NCBI GenBank assembly: GCA_963765495.1
Contig: CAVXWP010000001.1
Span: forward strand, 928,001-992,000
Reading direction: 5' to 3'
From: Blastocatellia bacterium
GTDB lineage: Bacteria; Acidobacteriota; Blastocatellia; UBA7656
DNA: 64,000 nt
Numbering within the stretch: position 1 is the first letter of the stretch; each line of letters opens with the position of its first letter. Shown piece by piece: positions 1-9,896 of the stretch. The translations under genes were made by a program, and so were the position numbers. The notes under the pieces are model-generated. The model was not told the DNA's origin. It ran no database searches and saw only the letters and a program-made list of their open reading frames with translations.

Positions 1-4
1 TGCC

Positions 5-2356
5 TTGTCGTTTGCCTCTACCGCGCTTGCGCAGACGGACGGGGGCAGCGCGCTGAAAGAGTCGGCAAAGGAATCGAAGACCGCTCGGGAAGGCTCGAAG
101 CCGCAAGATGTCAATCTGGATGCGAGCGCCGCGCCCCGGCGGATCGTCACCGATTCGACCTTGCCCGTCGATATTCCTCGCGTAGAGCATCCGCCTGATC
201 TTGAAGACTTCCTCGGCATGAAGCCGAGCGGCGAGATTCAGGAGCGTATGGCAAAGGTTGAAGGCTTCACACAACAGATACCGAAAGACGGAGAACCCGC
301 AAGCCAGCGCACCGATGTCTATCTCTGCTACGATGACAAGAACCTGTATGTGGTTTTTGTCGCTTTTGATTCCAGCCCCGATCAGATACGCGCTCGAATG
401 ACCCGGCGCGAAGATGCCTTTGCCGATGATTTTGTGGAGATGACAATTGACACTTTCCACGATCACAGACGCGGTTATGTTTTCTGGTCGAACCCGCTCG
501 GCGTGCAGGCCGAAGGGTTATGGACCGAGGATACGGGCAATCCTGATTTTTCTTACGATACGCTGTGGTACACGCGGGGCAAGCGCACCGATCAGGGGTA
601 TGTGGTCTGGATGGCGATCCCTTTCAAGAGCCTGCGTTTTTCATCAAACTCCGAGCAGACGTGGGGCATAGTCCTTCTGCGCCAGATTCCCAGAGTAAAC
701 GAATGGTCATACTGGCCCAGAGTTTCCAGCCGCGTGCAGGGTCGGTTGAGTCAGGCGGCCAACGTCACGGGGTTTAACAAAATCTCGCCCGGGCGCAATA
801 TTCAATTTATTCCTTACGCGGCTTTCAACTCCTATCGGGCGCTCGACACACGCGATCCAAACCTCCCGCGCTTTATTCACGACCCGGCGAATTTCGACGC
901 GGGGCTGGATGCGAAGTTTGTGCTAAAAGACAAACTGGTTGTAGACGTGGCCGTAAATCCCGATTTTTCTCAGGTCGAATCCGACGAGCCGCAGGTGACA
1001 GTAAATCAGCGATTCGAAGTCTTCTTCCCCGAAAAAAGGCCGTTTTTCCTTGAGAATTCCGACTTTTTTCAAACCCCGATGAATCTGGTCTTCACACGTC
1101 GCATTGCCGATCCGCAACTCGGCGTGCGGCTTACGGGGAAGGTCGGGCCTTACTCAATCGGAGCCTTGTTGATAGACGATCAGTCGCCGGGTCGGAGAGT
1201 GCCCGACACCGATCCTCTGGCCAACAAGCGCGCGGGCTTTGGCATTGTCAGACTGAGTCGCGACATATTCAAGCAATCGAACATCGGAGTGATCTACACC
1301 GACCGGGAGTTTCAGGACAGCCATAACCGCGTAGGCGGGGTGGACGGGCGATTGAAGTTGAGCGACAACTGGGTAGCGCGGTTTCAGGGTGTGACCAGTT
1401 CTACGAATTTTCTGGACGGCAGCCATCTGGCTGGCCCCGCCTACTACGCCGATTTGAGCAAGACCGGGAGGCAGTTGAATTACTTTGGCTCGTACACGGA
1501 TTTCAGCCCTGGCTTTTTCACTCAGACCGGGTTTGTGCCTCGGACCGACATCCGTAACACCTCGCATACCCTGAGCTATCGTTTCCGCCCGGAAGGTAAA
1601 TATCTGATCTCGTGGGGGCCGAATATTCATTACGACCGGACGTGGGACCACAGCGGCACGCGGCTCGACTGGACTCAGTCAAACAATATGAGATGGGAGT
1701 TTACGGGTCAGACATACGCCGGATTCTTTTTCGTTACGAACCGCGAACGGTTGCGGCCCGAAGATTATTCTATCTTGAAAGAGGATCGGGATTTTGCGAG
1801 TGAGGTCAAGGGGATATTTTTCGACACGAGCTATTTCAAACAGGTCAGTTTCGGCGGAGAATACACCCGATGGGCCGGGATAAACTTTGTCCCCCCGGAG
1901 GGGCGCGAGCCGTTTCTTGGCGACCGCAGTTCGGGAAATGTCTATTTGACGGTGCGCCCGACAACATCTTTGCTCATAGCCAACACCTATATCTTTTCGC
2001 GACTGCTCGACCGTGAGACCGGCGCAAATATCTTCAACAACCACATACTGCGTTCGAAGTGGAATTATCAATTCAACCGCGAGCTTGCCCTCAGATTCAT
2101 AGCGCAGTACAACACGGTGCTTGCAAACCCGGACCTGACCGCGCTTGAGACTACAAAGAATTTCAATGTCGATTTTCTAGTCTCTTACCAGTTGAATGCG
2201 TGGACCGCCTTGTTTGTAGGCTATAACAGCAACCGGCAAAACCTCGACATAGTGAATCTGCCGGGCGGCGGGGCGGAACTCATTCGCCCGCGCGACCGCC
2301 TGATAAACGACGGCCGTCAGTTTTTTGTGAAATTCTCTTATCTGTTTCGGTTCTGA
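5..2356 (+). CDS. DUF5916-type protein with N-terminal carbohydrate-binding family 9-like (DOMON) domain and C-terminal beta-barrel; probably 5'-truncated by the window
   Basis: Motifs NPDFSQVESD and FFPEKRPFFLE; ends in KFSYLFRF with terminal Phe; signal-peptide remnant ALAQ at window start. Confidence 0.75.
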   Translation: MSFASTALAQTDGGSALKESAKESKTAREGSKPQDVNLDASAAPRRIVTDSTLPVDIPRVEHPPDLEDFLGMKPSGEIQERMAKVEGFTQQIPKDGEPASQRTDVYLCYDDKNLYVVFVAFDSSPDQIRARMTRREDAFADDFVEMTIDTFHDHRRGYVFWSNPLGVQAEGLWTEDTGNPDFSYDTLWYTRGKRTDQGYVVWMAIPFKSLRFSSNSEQTWGIVLLRQIPRVNEWSYWPRVSSRVQGRLSQAANVTGFNKISPGRNIQFIPYAAFNSYRALDTRDPNLPRFIHDPANFDAGLDAKFVLKDKLVVDVAVNPDFSQVESDEPQVTVNQRFEVFFPEKRPFFLENSDFFQTPMNLVFTRRIADPQLGVRLTGKVGPYSIGALLIDDQSPGRRVPDTDPLANKRAGFGIVRLSRDIFKQSNIGVIYTDREFQDSHNRVGGVDGRLKLSDNWVARFQGVTSSTNFLDGSHLAGPAYYADLSKTGRQLNYFGSYTDFSPGFFTQTGFVPRTDIRNTSHTLSYRFRPEGKYLISWGPNIHYDRTWDHSGTRLDWTQSNNMRWEFTGQTYAGFFFVTNRERLRPEDYSILKEDRDFASEVKGIFFDTSYFKQVSFGGEYTRWAGINFVPPEGREPFLGDRSSGNVYLTVRPTTSLLIANTYIFSRLLDRETGANIFNNHILRSKWNYQFNRELALRFIAQYNTVLANPDLTALETTKNFNVDFLVSYQLNAWTALFVGYNSNRQNLDIVNLPGGGAELIRPRDRLINDGRQFFVKFSYLFRF

Positions 2357-2387
2357 TGTGAATTGCGCCGCTCAAAAAATGGAAATT

Positions 2388-2437
2388 GAAATAGACCGGG
2401 ACGGACGCGGATCGGGCGGATTTTCGCGGATCGGATT
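2388..2437. repeat. Family B (CGGAT nonamer-type) element, left arm only
   Basis: gaaatagaccgggacggacgcggatcgggcggattttcgcggatc is near-identical to the left arms at 27369, 31300 and 45751. Confidence 0.75.
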
Positions 2438-2438
2438 C

Positions 2439-2798
2439 TTAATTTGTCGGTAGTTGACTTGAGGAATAAAGCTGGTCGGTTTTTGCCGCCATTATGAAAT
2501 CGTTGCGGTGAAGACCTTTTATCTTATGAGTCCACCAGGTGACGGTTACCTTGCCCCACTCGGTCAGGATGGCCGGATGATGGCCTTCCATTTCTGCGGC
2601 TTCGCCTACGCGATTTGTGAATTGAAGGGCCTCGGCGAAATTCTGGAATTTGAAGACTCGCTCAAGCTGTTTGATTTCGTTTCGCTCGACTATCTGCCAG
2701 TCGGCCACTTGCGGGTGCAACTCTTCGATCTCTTCTTCGGTGACTCTGGGCGCGTCCCTGCGACAGGCGACGCATTTCATCTGTGACAATTCTTCCAT
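2439..2798 (-). CDS. phhB: Pterin-4-alpha-carbinolamine (4a-hydroxytetrahydrobiopterin) dehydratase
   Basis: [21 protein letters not shown] and [14 protein letters not shown] signatures. Confidence 0.92.
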   Translation of the reverse strand: MEELSQMKCVACRRDAPRVTEEEIEELHPQVADWQIVERNEIKQLERVFKFQNFAEALQFTNRVGEAAEMEGHHPAILTEWGKVTVTWWTHKIKGLHRNDFIMAAKTDQLYSSSQLPTN

Positions 2799-2799
2799 C

Positions 2800-3309
2800 T
2801 CAGATTCTATTCGCGGTCCGACCGGAGGTTCCGGCCATCTCTGCGTTCGAGTCGGTTATCTGTACCAGCCCGTTTATTTGATTGATCATCTCTTCTTCGT
2901 TGAGCAGCAGGTCTTTCAGCGTAGTCTGGCTCAAGACCTGATCTACGGCTATCTGCACGGCTCGCCATAGCGAGCGGATAGAGCAATCCGTCGAGTGAGT
3001 GCACGATTTTTCGCTGCCCGAATAGCGGGTGCAGAACCCGCTTTCAAACAGAGGCCCGCCCAGCACGCTCAACGTCTCGCTCACGGTAATCTGATCGGCC
3101 GGGCGAGCAAGCGTATAGCCACCGGCCTGACCGCGCGTGCTCGTTACGAGATCGCCCTGTCTGAGAATGCGCATGATCTTGGCCACATATTCCGGGGTCA
3201 GCCCTTCGGCGCGGCTGATCTCCGGGATGGTCATGCTTGCGTCTTCTCCGAGCCTCGCAATTTGCAACAGGCAACGGAGTCCATATTCATCCTGAGCACC
3301 GAGTTTCAT
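2800..3309 (-). CDS. Rrf2-family transcriptional regulator, probably Fe-S binding (IscR-like)
   Basis: EYGLRCL...[14 protein letters not shown] winged HTH; three C-terminal Cys (FC..SC..DC); GGAGGT RBS. Confidence 0.88.
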   Translation of the reverse strand: MKLGAQDEYGLRCLLQIARLGEDASMTIPEISRAEGLTPEYVAKIMRILRQGDLVTSTRGQAGGYTLARPADQITVSETLSVLGGPLFESGFCTRYSGSEKSCTHSTDCSIRSLWRAVQIAVDQVLSQTTLKDLLLNEEEMINQINGLVQITDSNAEMAGTSGRTANRI

Positions 3310-3328
3310 ATTCCTGACCTCCGGCTAC

Positions 3329-3431
3329 GCGATTCGTAACTCGTGATTCGTGATTCGTGACCGTCAGGCAGATAGCCTGTTAAAGATAGTTTTCAAGTCT
3401 GGTAAATCACGAATCACGAGTTACGAATCAC
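3329..3431. repeat. Family A palindromic element (GTGATTC heptamer arms plus conserved core), copy 1
   Basis: 25-bp perfect inverted arms gattcgtaactcgtgattcgtgatt / aatcacgaatcacgagttacgaatc around core CAGGCAG-N7-GTTAAAGA-N5-TTCAAG. Confidence 0.85.
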
Positions 3432-3435
3432 TCAA

Positions 3436-3738
3436 CTACATCATGCCAAGCTGGAGCCTGGCCGCTTCAGTCATCTTGTCCGTGCACCAGGGGGGATCCC
3501 ATACCAGTTCGACGCTTACGTCGCTGACTCCGGGTATGGCCTGTATTCTTGACTCCACTTCGGTGGGCAACGATCCGGCTACCGGACAGTTGGGCGCAGT
3601 GAGAGTCATCTTTATATCTACCTTGCCCGCAGGTTCTACGTTGATGTCGTAGATCAATCCCAGATCATAAATATTGACTGGAATCTCCGGGTCAAAGACC
3701 GTCGAAAGCGCTTCAATGACCTGTGCTTCTAAAACCAT
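3436..3738 (-). CDS. sufT: DUF59 Fe-S cluster maturation protein (SufT-like)
   Basis: DPEIPVNIYDLGLIY, MTLTAPNCP, VWDPPW; SUF context. Confidence 0.88.
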   Translation of the reverse strand: MVLEAQVIEALSTVFDPEIPVNIYDLGLIYDINVEPAGKVDIKMTLTAPNCPVAGSLPTEVESRIQAIPGVSDVSVELVWDPPWCTDKMTEAARLQLGMM

Positions 3739-3746
3739 CTCGCTCC

Positions 3747-4199
3747 TTATTCCGTCGATACGACTTCATCGTTCCCCTTGAGCGTGGAAAGCAATGTGTG
3801 CCACGCTAAGGTAGCGCACTTGACGCGCGTCGGATATTCGCTGACGCCTGAAAAGACGGCCAGCTTGCCGAGCTTGGCAGTCTCTGCAACTACCATCGGG
3901 TCTCCGGTCACTAGATCATGAAATCGCTCGAAGATCGCTTCGACTTCCTCGCGCGATTTGCCTTTGAGGCTTTCAGTCATCAGCGAAGCCGAAGCCGTCG
4001 AGATAGCGCATCCCGCTCCCTTGAAACTTATATCGGCGACTTTGCCATCTTCCATCTTCATGTAGATAGTCACCCTGTCGCCGCAAAGCGGATTATATCC
4101 TTCGGCCTTGCGCGTGGCATCTTCCATCACGTGAAAATTGCGTGGCTTCCTTGTGTGGTCAAGAATGACCTCCTGATAAAGGTCTTGCACGTCAGACAT
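3747..4199 (-). CDS. sufU: SufU / NifU-like sulfur-acceptor scaffold
   Basis: LYQEVILDH, NPLCGD, GCAISTAS, RVKCATL. Confidence 0.92.
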   Translation of the reverse strand: MSDVQDLYQEVILDHTRKPRNFHVMEDATRKAEGYNPLCGDRVTIYMKMEDGKVADISFKGAGCAISTASASLMTESLKGKSREEVEAIFERFHDLVTGDPMVVAETAKLGKLAVFSGVSEYPTRVKCATLAWHTLLSTLKGNDEVVSTE

Positions 4200-5470
4200 T
4201 AATCGAAGACCTCCTTGACCTTCTTTATCCCGGCTACGAGCGCGTCTATCTCTTCGGCTGTGTTGTAAAGCGCAAGCGATGCGCGCGTGGTCGCGGGCAC
4301 ATTGAAACGGTCCATAACGGGTTGCGCGCAGTGGTGGCCCGTGCGCACGGCAATCCCTTCGCGGTCGAGTATCGTGCCTACGTCGTGCGGATGCACGCCT
4401 TCGATGACGAATGAAAGCACGCTGGCTTTCTCTTTTGCCGTGCCGATTAAGCGCACTCCCGGAATGTCGGAGAGCGCAGTCGTGCCATAGGCAAGCAACT
4501 CGTGCTCGTAAGCGGCTATGTTATCCATCCCGATATCGTTCAAATAATCAATCGCGGCTCCAAGCCCGATGGCTCCCGCGATGTTTGGCGTGCCTGCTTC
4601 GAACTTGAACGGGATGGTGTTGTATTCGGTCTTTTCAAACGTGACCGATCTGATCATATCGCCGCCGCCCTGATAAGGACGCATGGTTTCAAGCAGTTCG
4701 GCCTTACCGTAAAGCACGCCCTCGCCGGTCGGCCCAAACATCTTGTGGCTTGAGAATGTATAGAAATCGGCGTCCAGTTCCCGCACGTCCACTTTTGTGT
4801 GCGGCACCGCCTGCGCGCCGTCGATGAGCACGCGAATGCCGCGCGCGTGCGCCATTTCGATTATTCGCTTGACGGGGTTGATCGTGCCGAGCGCGTTGGA
4901 AATATGAGCAAGCGATACAAGTCTGGTCCTGTCGTTTAAGAGACGCTCGAACTCGTCGAGCATAAGCTCGCCATCATCGTTGATGGGAGCCACGCGCAAA
5001 CGCGCGCCCGTCTCTTCGGTCAGCAGTTGCCAGGGCACTATGTTGGAGTGATGCTCCATCGCGGTGATCAGGATTTCATCGCCCGCCTGGATCAGGGGGC
5101 GGCAATAACTGCTCGCCACAAGGTTGATGCCTTCGGTCGTGCCGCGCACATAGACGATCTCTCTCGACTCTTTCGCGCCTATGAATCGCGCCGCCTTTAT
5201 GCGCGCATCTTCATACGCTCTGGTAGCCCGCTCGCTCAATTGATGCACGCCGCGATGAATATTCGAGTTGTCGGTCGTGTAGTAATTGACAAGCGCATCA
5301 ATAACCGATTGCGGTTTCTGGCTCGATGCCGCGTTGTCCAGATAGATCAGGTCGTGCCCGTAAATCTTCTGTTTCAGGATTGGAAAGTCTTCCCTGATCT
5401 TCCAAACATCGAACGAGAGTTGCGATGCTTCATCGGCTTGAGAAATAAGAACGTTTCCGGTTGCAGTCAT
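4199..5470 (-). CDS. sufS: Cysteine desulfurase (SufS type)
   Basis: YLDNAASSQKP, SSHKMFGPTG (PLP Lys), RTGHHCA catalytic Cys. Confidence 0.96.
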   Translation of the reverse strand: MTATGNVLISQADEASQLSFDVWKIREDFPILKQKIYGHDLIYLDNAASSQKPQSVIDALVNYYTTDNSNIHRGVHQLSERATRAYEDARIKAARFIGAKESREIVYVRGTTEGINLVASSYCRPLIQAGDEILITAMEHHSNIVPWQLLTEETGARLRVAPINDDGELMLDEFERLLNDRTRLVSLAHISNALGTINPVKRIIEMAHARGIRVLIDGAQAVPHTKVDVRELDADFYTFSSHKMFGPTGEGVLYGKAELLETMRPYQGGGDMIRSVTFEKTEYNTIPFKFEAGTPNIAGAIGLGAAIDYLNDIGMDNIAAYEHELLAYGTTALSDIPGVRLIGTAKEKASVLSFVIEGVHPHDVGTILDREGIAVRTGHHCAQPVMDRFNVPATTRASLALYNTAEEIDALVAGIKKVKEVFD

Positions 5471-6810
5471 AGGTTCTCCTTGAAATCAAGTCGCGTGGAC
5501 AAGGCTGCTTCTATCCGCGCGCGGACCTGCTCAGACTTCATGCGCCCGAGTATGTCGTGTGCAAATGCGGCGGTCAGCATGGTGTAGGCCATCTGCTCGC
5601 CGATGCCGCGCGAGCGCAGATAAAAAATGGCCTCGCGGTCCATTTGACCTATCGTAGCCCCGTGCGTGCATTTAACGTCGTCGGCGTAAATTTCAAGCTG
5701 CGGCTTTGTGTTTATCACTGCCTCATCCGACAGCAAAAGGTTCTTGTTGGTCTGGCTGGAATCGGTCTTCTGCGCGTCCTTGCGGACGATGACCGCGCCG
5801 TTAAAGACGGCCGTAGATTTTCCGTCAAGTATGCCTTTGTAAAGCTCGCGGCTCGTGCAGTGAGCCATCGCGTGATCTACGATTGTGTGGTTGTCTATGT
5901 GCTGGCGACCCGCCGTCACATAAAGCCCGTTGAGCGAGCAATCGGCTCCTTCGCCGTCAAGCGTTGTGTTCAGGTCGTTGCGGACCAGCGCGCCGCCAAG
6001 CGATATGGAATGTGAACGCAGGGTGCTTGTGCGCGCCTGATGTACCTGAATGGTGGCGATGTGAAAAGCCTGATCGCTTTCCTGCTGCATCTTGTAATGC
6101 TCGATCACGGCGTTTTCGCCCGCTATTATTTCAGTCACCGCGTTTGTGAAATAGAGGTTGTCCGCAACCGAGATGTAATCCTCTATGATCGTCGCCTGGC
6201 TTTCACGATTCGCCAGGATCAGGGTGCGCGGGTGAGAAATCGTCGCCTGCTCGCTCGGGGTCGAAACATACAGGATGTGAATCGGCTTTTCGACGATCAA
6301 GCCTCTGGGAATTTCGATAAAAGCGCCGTCTTCGATAAAAGCCGTGTTTAGCGCGACAAAAGCCTGCTCGTCATATCTTGCGTAACGCGACAGGTGCGCT
6401 CTCACGGCAGGGTTTTCATCTCTGATGGCTGCGTGAAGGCTTGTGACAATTAACCTATCTGCCGCCGCATCTTCGGGCGTTAAAAGCGAAGAAAGTTTCT
6501 CGCTGTAACGCCCGTTGACAAAGACCAGCCGGATTGAGTCAAGGTCTGCAAGCGGCGAGCGCTTGAGGTCTTCCGCCGTCACGTTATCCGAAGCCGCACT
6601 GCTCGGATGAAAGTCGGTTCTCGCAATCGCCGCCACGCTTGTGTACTTCCACTCTTCCATTCGAGTGGTTGGGAACCCGAGTTCGGCGAATCTTCGGATC
6701 GCGTCCTTGCGGATCGGGTGAAGCCACGACTCAGTGGTGTCGGCGGCTCTTTCCAGCGCCTCAAATCTCGACAGGTAAGCGTTTTGTGTCTCTTTTGCTC
6801 CGGTAATCAA
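5467..6810 (-). CDS. sufD: Fe-S cluster assembly protein SufD
   Basis: EEWKYT, KPQLEIYADDVKCTHGAT, FYLRSRGI; start placed at TTG 6810, overlapping the sufC stop, with GGAGAAGGAG upstream. Confidence 0.93.
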   Translation of the reverse strand: MITGAKETQNAYLSRFEALERAADTTESWLHPIRKDAIRRFAELGFPTTRMEEWKYTSVAAIARTDFHPSSAASDNVTAEDLKRSPLADLDSIRLVFVNGRYSEKLSSLLTPEDAAADRLIVTSLHAAIRDENPAVRAHLSRYARYDEQAFVALNTAFIEDGAFIEIPRGLIVEKPIHILYVSTPSEQATISHPRTLILANRESQATIIEDYISVADNLYFTNAVTEIIAGENAVIEHYKMQQESDQAFHIATIQVHQARTSTLRSHSISLGGALVRNDLNTTLDGEGADCSLNGLYVTAGRQHIDNHTIVDHAMAHCTSRELYKGILDGKSTAVFNGAVIVRKDAQKTDSSQTNKNLLLSDEAVINTKPQLEIYADDVKCTHGATIGQMDREAIFYLRSRGIGEQMAYTMLTAAFAHDILGRMKSEQVRARIEAALSTRLDFKENL

Positions 6811-7589
6811 GCCGATGCTCCTTCTCCGGTTGTGGCCGGCGTATCCGGCAACTCGTCCGCCCATGCATAGCCCGTCTCTTCGAGTTCGTGAGCCAGTTCC
6901 TTGCCGCCCGATTTGACGATGCGGCCGTCGGCTAAAACGTGAACGAAATCAGGGACGATGTAATTCAACAATCGCTGATAGTGCGTGACCACTACCGTGG
7001 CTCGCTCCGGGTTGCGCAGCGCATTGACCCCGTTGGCCACGATTCTCAACGCGTCGATATCGAGGCCGGAATCGGTCTCATCGAGGATGGCGAGCTTTGG
7101 TTCGAGCACGACCATTTGAAATATTTCGTTGCGCTTTTTCTCGCCGCCTGAAAACCCCTCGTTTACGGGGCGTTTCATCAGCGAGTCATCCATATCGAGT
7201 ATCTTCATCCGCTCTCGGACCATCGTCAGAAAATCCATGGCGTCGAGTTCATCAAGCCCCTGATGTTTGCGAACGGCGTTTAAGGCCGACCGCAGGAAAT
7301 ACATATTATTGACGCCGGGAATCTCTACCGGATACTGAAAAGCGAGAAAGATGCCCGAGCGGGCGCGGTCTTCGGGCGACAACTCCAGAAGGTCTTTGCC
7401 TTCGTAAAGCACCTGGCCTTCGGTGATGTCATAATCATCGCGCCCGGCAAGCACTCCCGCCAGCGTGCTTTTGCCCGATCCGTTCGGCCCCATAATGGCG
7501 TGAACTTCGCCCGCGTTTACCTTCAGGTTTATGCCCCGAAGAATTTCGTTTCCATCCACACTTGCATGAAGATTCTTTATTTCCAGCAT
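6807..7589 (-). CDS. sufC: Fe-S cluster assembly ATPase SufC
   Basis: GPNGSGKST, FSGGEKKRNE, LDETDSGLDIDAL. Confidence 0.97.
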   Translation of the reverse strand: MLEIKNLHASVDGNEILRGINLKVNAGEVHAIMGPNGSGKSTLAGVLAGRDDYDITEGQVLYEGKDLLELSPEDRARSGIFLAFQYPVEIPGVNNMYFLRSALNAVRKHQGLDELDAMDFLTMVRERMKILDMDDSLMKRPVNEGFSGGEKKRNEIFQMVVLEPKLAILDETDSGLDIDALRIVANGVNALRNPERATVVVTHYQRLLNYIVPDFVHVLADGRIVKSGGKELAHELEETGYAWADELPDTPATTGEGASA

Positions 7590-7620
7590 TCGTTTTCCTT
7601 TTTAATCTCTACGGGTTTAA

Positions 7621-9072
7621 TTAGCCAACGCTACCTTCGAGGCTCACGCCTAACAGTTTCTGGGCTTCGACGGCGAATTCCATAGGGAGTTCGCGGAAGA
7701 CCTGTTTGCAGAAACCGTTGACTATCATCGAGACGGCGTCTTCGGTAGAGATGCCGCGCTGACGGCAATAAAATATCTGGTCCTCGCCTATCTTTGAGGT
7801 AGAGGCTTCGTGCTCAACCTGCGCGGTCGCGTTCTTCACTTCGAGATAAGGGAAGGTGTGCGCTCCGCACTTGTCGCCCATCAGAAGCGAATCGCATTGC
7901 GAGTAGTTGCGCGCGCCCTCTGCGCCCTTGAGTATCTTGACCATGCCGCGATAGCTGTTCTGCCCGTGACCCGCCGATATTCCCTTAGAGATGATCGTGC
8001 TGCGGGTATTCTTGCCTATGTGAATCATCTTGGTTCCGGTGTCGGCCTGCTGGTAATTGTTCGTCAGCGCCACGGAGTAAAACTCGCCTACCGAGTTATC
8101 GCCTTGCAGAATGCAACTCGGGTATTTCCACGTAATGGCCGAGCCGGTCTCGACCTGTGTCCATGAAATCTTGGAATTCACGCCCTGGCATTTGCCGCGC
8201 TTGGTAACGAAATTATAAATGCCGCCGCGTCCTTCTTTGTCTCCCGGGTACCAGTTCTGCACGGTCGAATACTTGATCTGGGCGTTGTCTAAAGCCACAA
8301 GCTCGACGACCGCCGCGTGCAACTGATTCTCGTCTCGCATCGGCGCGGTGCAGCCTTCAAGATAGCTGACATAGCTGCCTTCGTCGGCGATTATCAGAGT
8401 GCGCTCAAACTGGCCCGTGTTCATCGCGTTGATGCGGAAATAAGTAGACAACTCCATGGGGCAGCGCACGCCTTTCGGGATGTAGCAGAACGAGCCGTCG
8501 CTAAAGACCGCCGAGTTCAGCGTGGCGTAAAAATTGTCCGTGTAAGGCACGACCGAACCCAGATATTTCTCTACCAGATCGGGGTGCTCCTGAACCGCCT
8601 CCGAAAATGAGCAGAAGATTATGCCTAATTCTGCAAGCTTGCCCTTAAAGGTAGTGGCTACCGAGACGCTGTCGAAGACGGCATCCACGGCCACGCCCGC
8701 AAGCATTTCGCGCTCCTTGAGCGGGATGCCCAGCTTTTCGTAAGTCTCAAGCAATTCGGGATCGACTTCTTCGAGGCTCTTTGGCCCGCTGCCTTTGGAT
8801 TTCGGAGCCGAATAGTAAACGATTGATTGATAATCAATCGGCGGATAATGCACGTTGGGCCACTTTGGTTCTTCCATCGTCAGCCAGTGGCGATATGCTT
8901 TGAGCCTCCACTCAAGCATGAACTCGGGTTCATTCTTCTTGGCGGAGATCAGCCTGATAATGTCTTCGTTCAGGCCGGGGGGAGCGGAATCGGTTTCGAT
9001 ATCGGTGACGAAACCGTATTTGTATTCCTGGTTTACCAGGGATTCTATCGTGTTCTCTTTCGTGCTCATCAT
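7621..9072 (-). CDS. sufB: Fe-S cluster assembly protein SufB
   Basis: [32 protein letters not shown]. Confidence 0.97.
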   Translation of the reverse strand: MMSTKENTIESLVNQEYKYGFVTDIETDSAPPGLNEDIIRLISAKKNEPEFMLEWRLKAYRHWLTMEEPKWPNVHYPPIDYQSIVYYSAPKSKGSGPKSLEEVDPELLETYEKLGIPLKEREMLAGVAVDAVFDSVSVATTFKGKLAELGIIFCSFSEAVQEHPDLVEKYLGSVVPYTDNFYATLNSAVFSDGSFCYIPKGVRCPMELSTYFRINAMNTGQFERTLIIADEGSYVSYLEGCTAPMRDENQLHAAVVELVALDNAQIKYSTVQNWYPGDKEGRGGIYNFVTKRGKCQGVNSKISWTQVETGSAITWKYPSCILQGDNSVGEFYSVALTNNYQQADTGTKMIHIGKNTRSTIISKGISAGHGQNSYRGMVKILKGAEGARNYSQCDSLLMGDKCGAHTFPYLEVKNATAQVEHEASTSKIGEDQIFYCRQRGISTEDAVSMIVNGFCKQVFRELPMEFAVEAQKLLGVSLEGSVG

Positions 9073-9104
9073 CTCTCCTGTACAGTCAGCACTTCCTCTT
9101 CTGC

Positions 9105-9132
9105 CGAAATCTCAAATTTCAAATTTGAGATC
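9105..9132. repeat. Family E short (A/T)TCTCAAA/TTTCAAA heptamer relic
   Basis: gaaatctcaaatttcaaatttgagatc; similar runs at 22380, 42365, 53355 and 58257. Confidence 0.5.
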
Positions 9133-9133
9133 C

Positions 9134-9679
9134 TCATTTTGTGTATCGGACGTAGTTGATGCCTTTCTCAAGCATCTCTCTGTCCCACCGGAACCCTGAT
9201 CTGTGATATACCGCCAGCTCAAAACTCTGCGTCAACTCCAGGCAATCCGTCGGACACGCCTCTGAACATAAATTGCAAAACATGCACCTCGACGTATCAA
9301 AGGTAAAAGTTGTCAGCACCTTCTTTTTGTTTACCTTCTCTTTGTCCCTAACCTCGCGGCGGATAGAGCCTACCTCTATGCAGTCAACCGGGCAGGCCAG
9401 CGCGCACAGGTCGCAGGCTATGCAGAGCGTGCCGCCGGTTTCGGGGTCGAGGTTTAAGCGGGGAGCGCCGCGAAAGCGTTCAGAGACGCGGGCAGGCTCG
9501 AGCGGGTACTGCTCGGTATAGATGGCCTGATTTGGATTGCCGCCGTCGCGAGCTTCGTAGAGGGCGCGGGCGTTGTATTTGAAAGTGACCGCGAGCCCCT
9601 TGAACAGGTCCAGTAACAGAAGCCGACGGATTATCTCGCCAAAGGTTCGCTTCTTTTTTTCTACTATTGCTTTTGCCAT
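9134..9679 (-). CDS. nuoI: NADH-quinone oxidoreductase subunit I-like 2x[4Fe-4S] protein
   Basis: TEQYP..RFRG, CIACDLCALACP, RCMFCNLCSEACPTDCL. Confidence 0.85.
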   Translation of the reverse strand: MAKAIVEKKKRTFGEIIRRLLLLDLFKGLAVTFKYNARALYEARDGGNPNQAIYTEQYPLEPARVSERFRGAPRLNLDPETGGTLCIACDLCALACPVDCIEVGSIRREVRDKEKVNKKKVLTTFTFDTSRCMFCNLCSEACPTDCLELTQSFELAVYHRSGFRWDREMLEKGINYVRYTK

Positions 9680-9808
9680 ATTTCAGTTATTAACCTGCGC
9701 CTGTTTATCAAACCTTATAAGTTCAATCCCCGGAACCAGCCCCCAAACCGCTTAAATCATAACAAATCTATACAAAAAAGTCCAGATTCAGGGTCTGCCC
9801 GTGCGCAT

Positions 9809-9836
9809 TTGACAAAAGGTAGATGATCCATAGAAT
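9809..9836 (+). promoter_or_regulatory. Sigma70-type promoter for the M49-like peptidase
   Basis: TTGACA-N16-TAGAAT about 60 nt upstream of ATG 9897. Confidence 0.65.
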
Positions 9837-9896
9837 GGAAGCATCCGCCAAAACGAAAAGACAACTCTATACTATATTGAAAAGGACGGCAACCCG

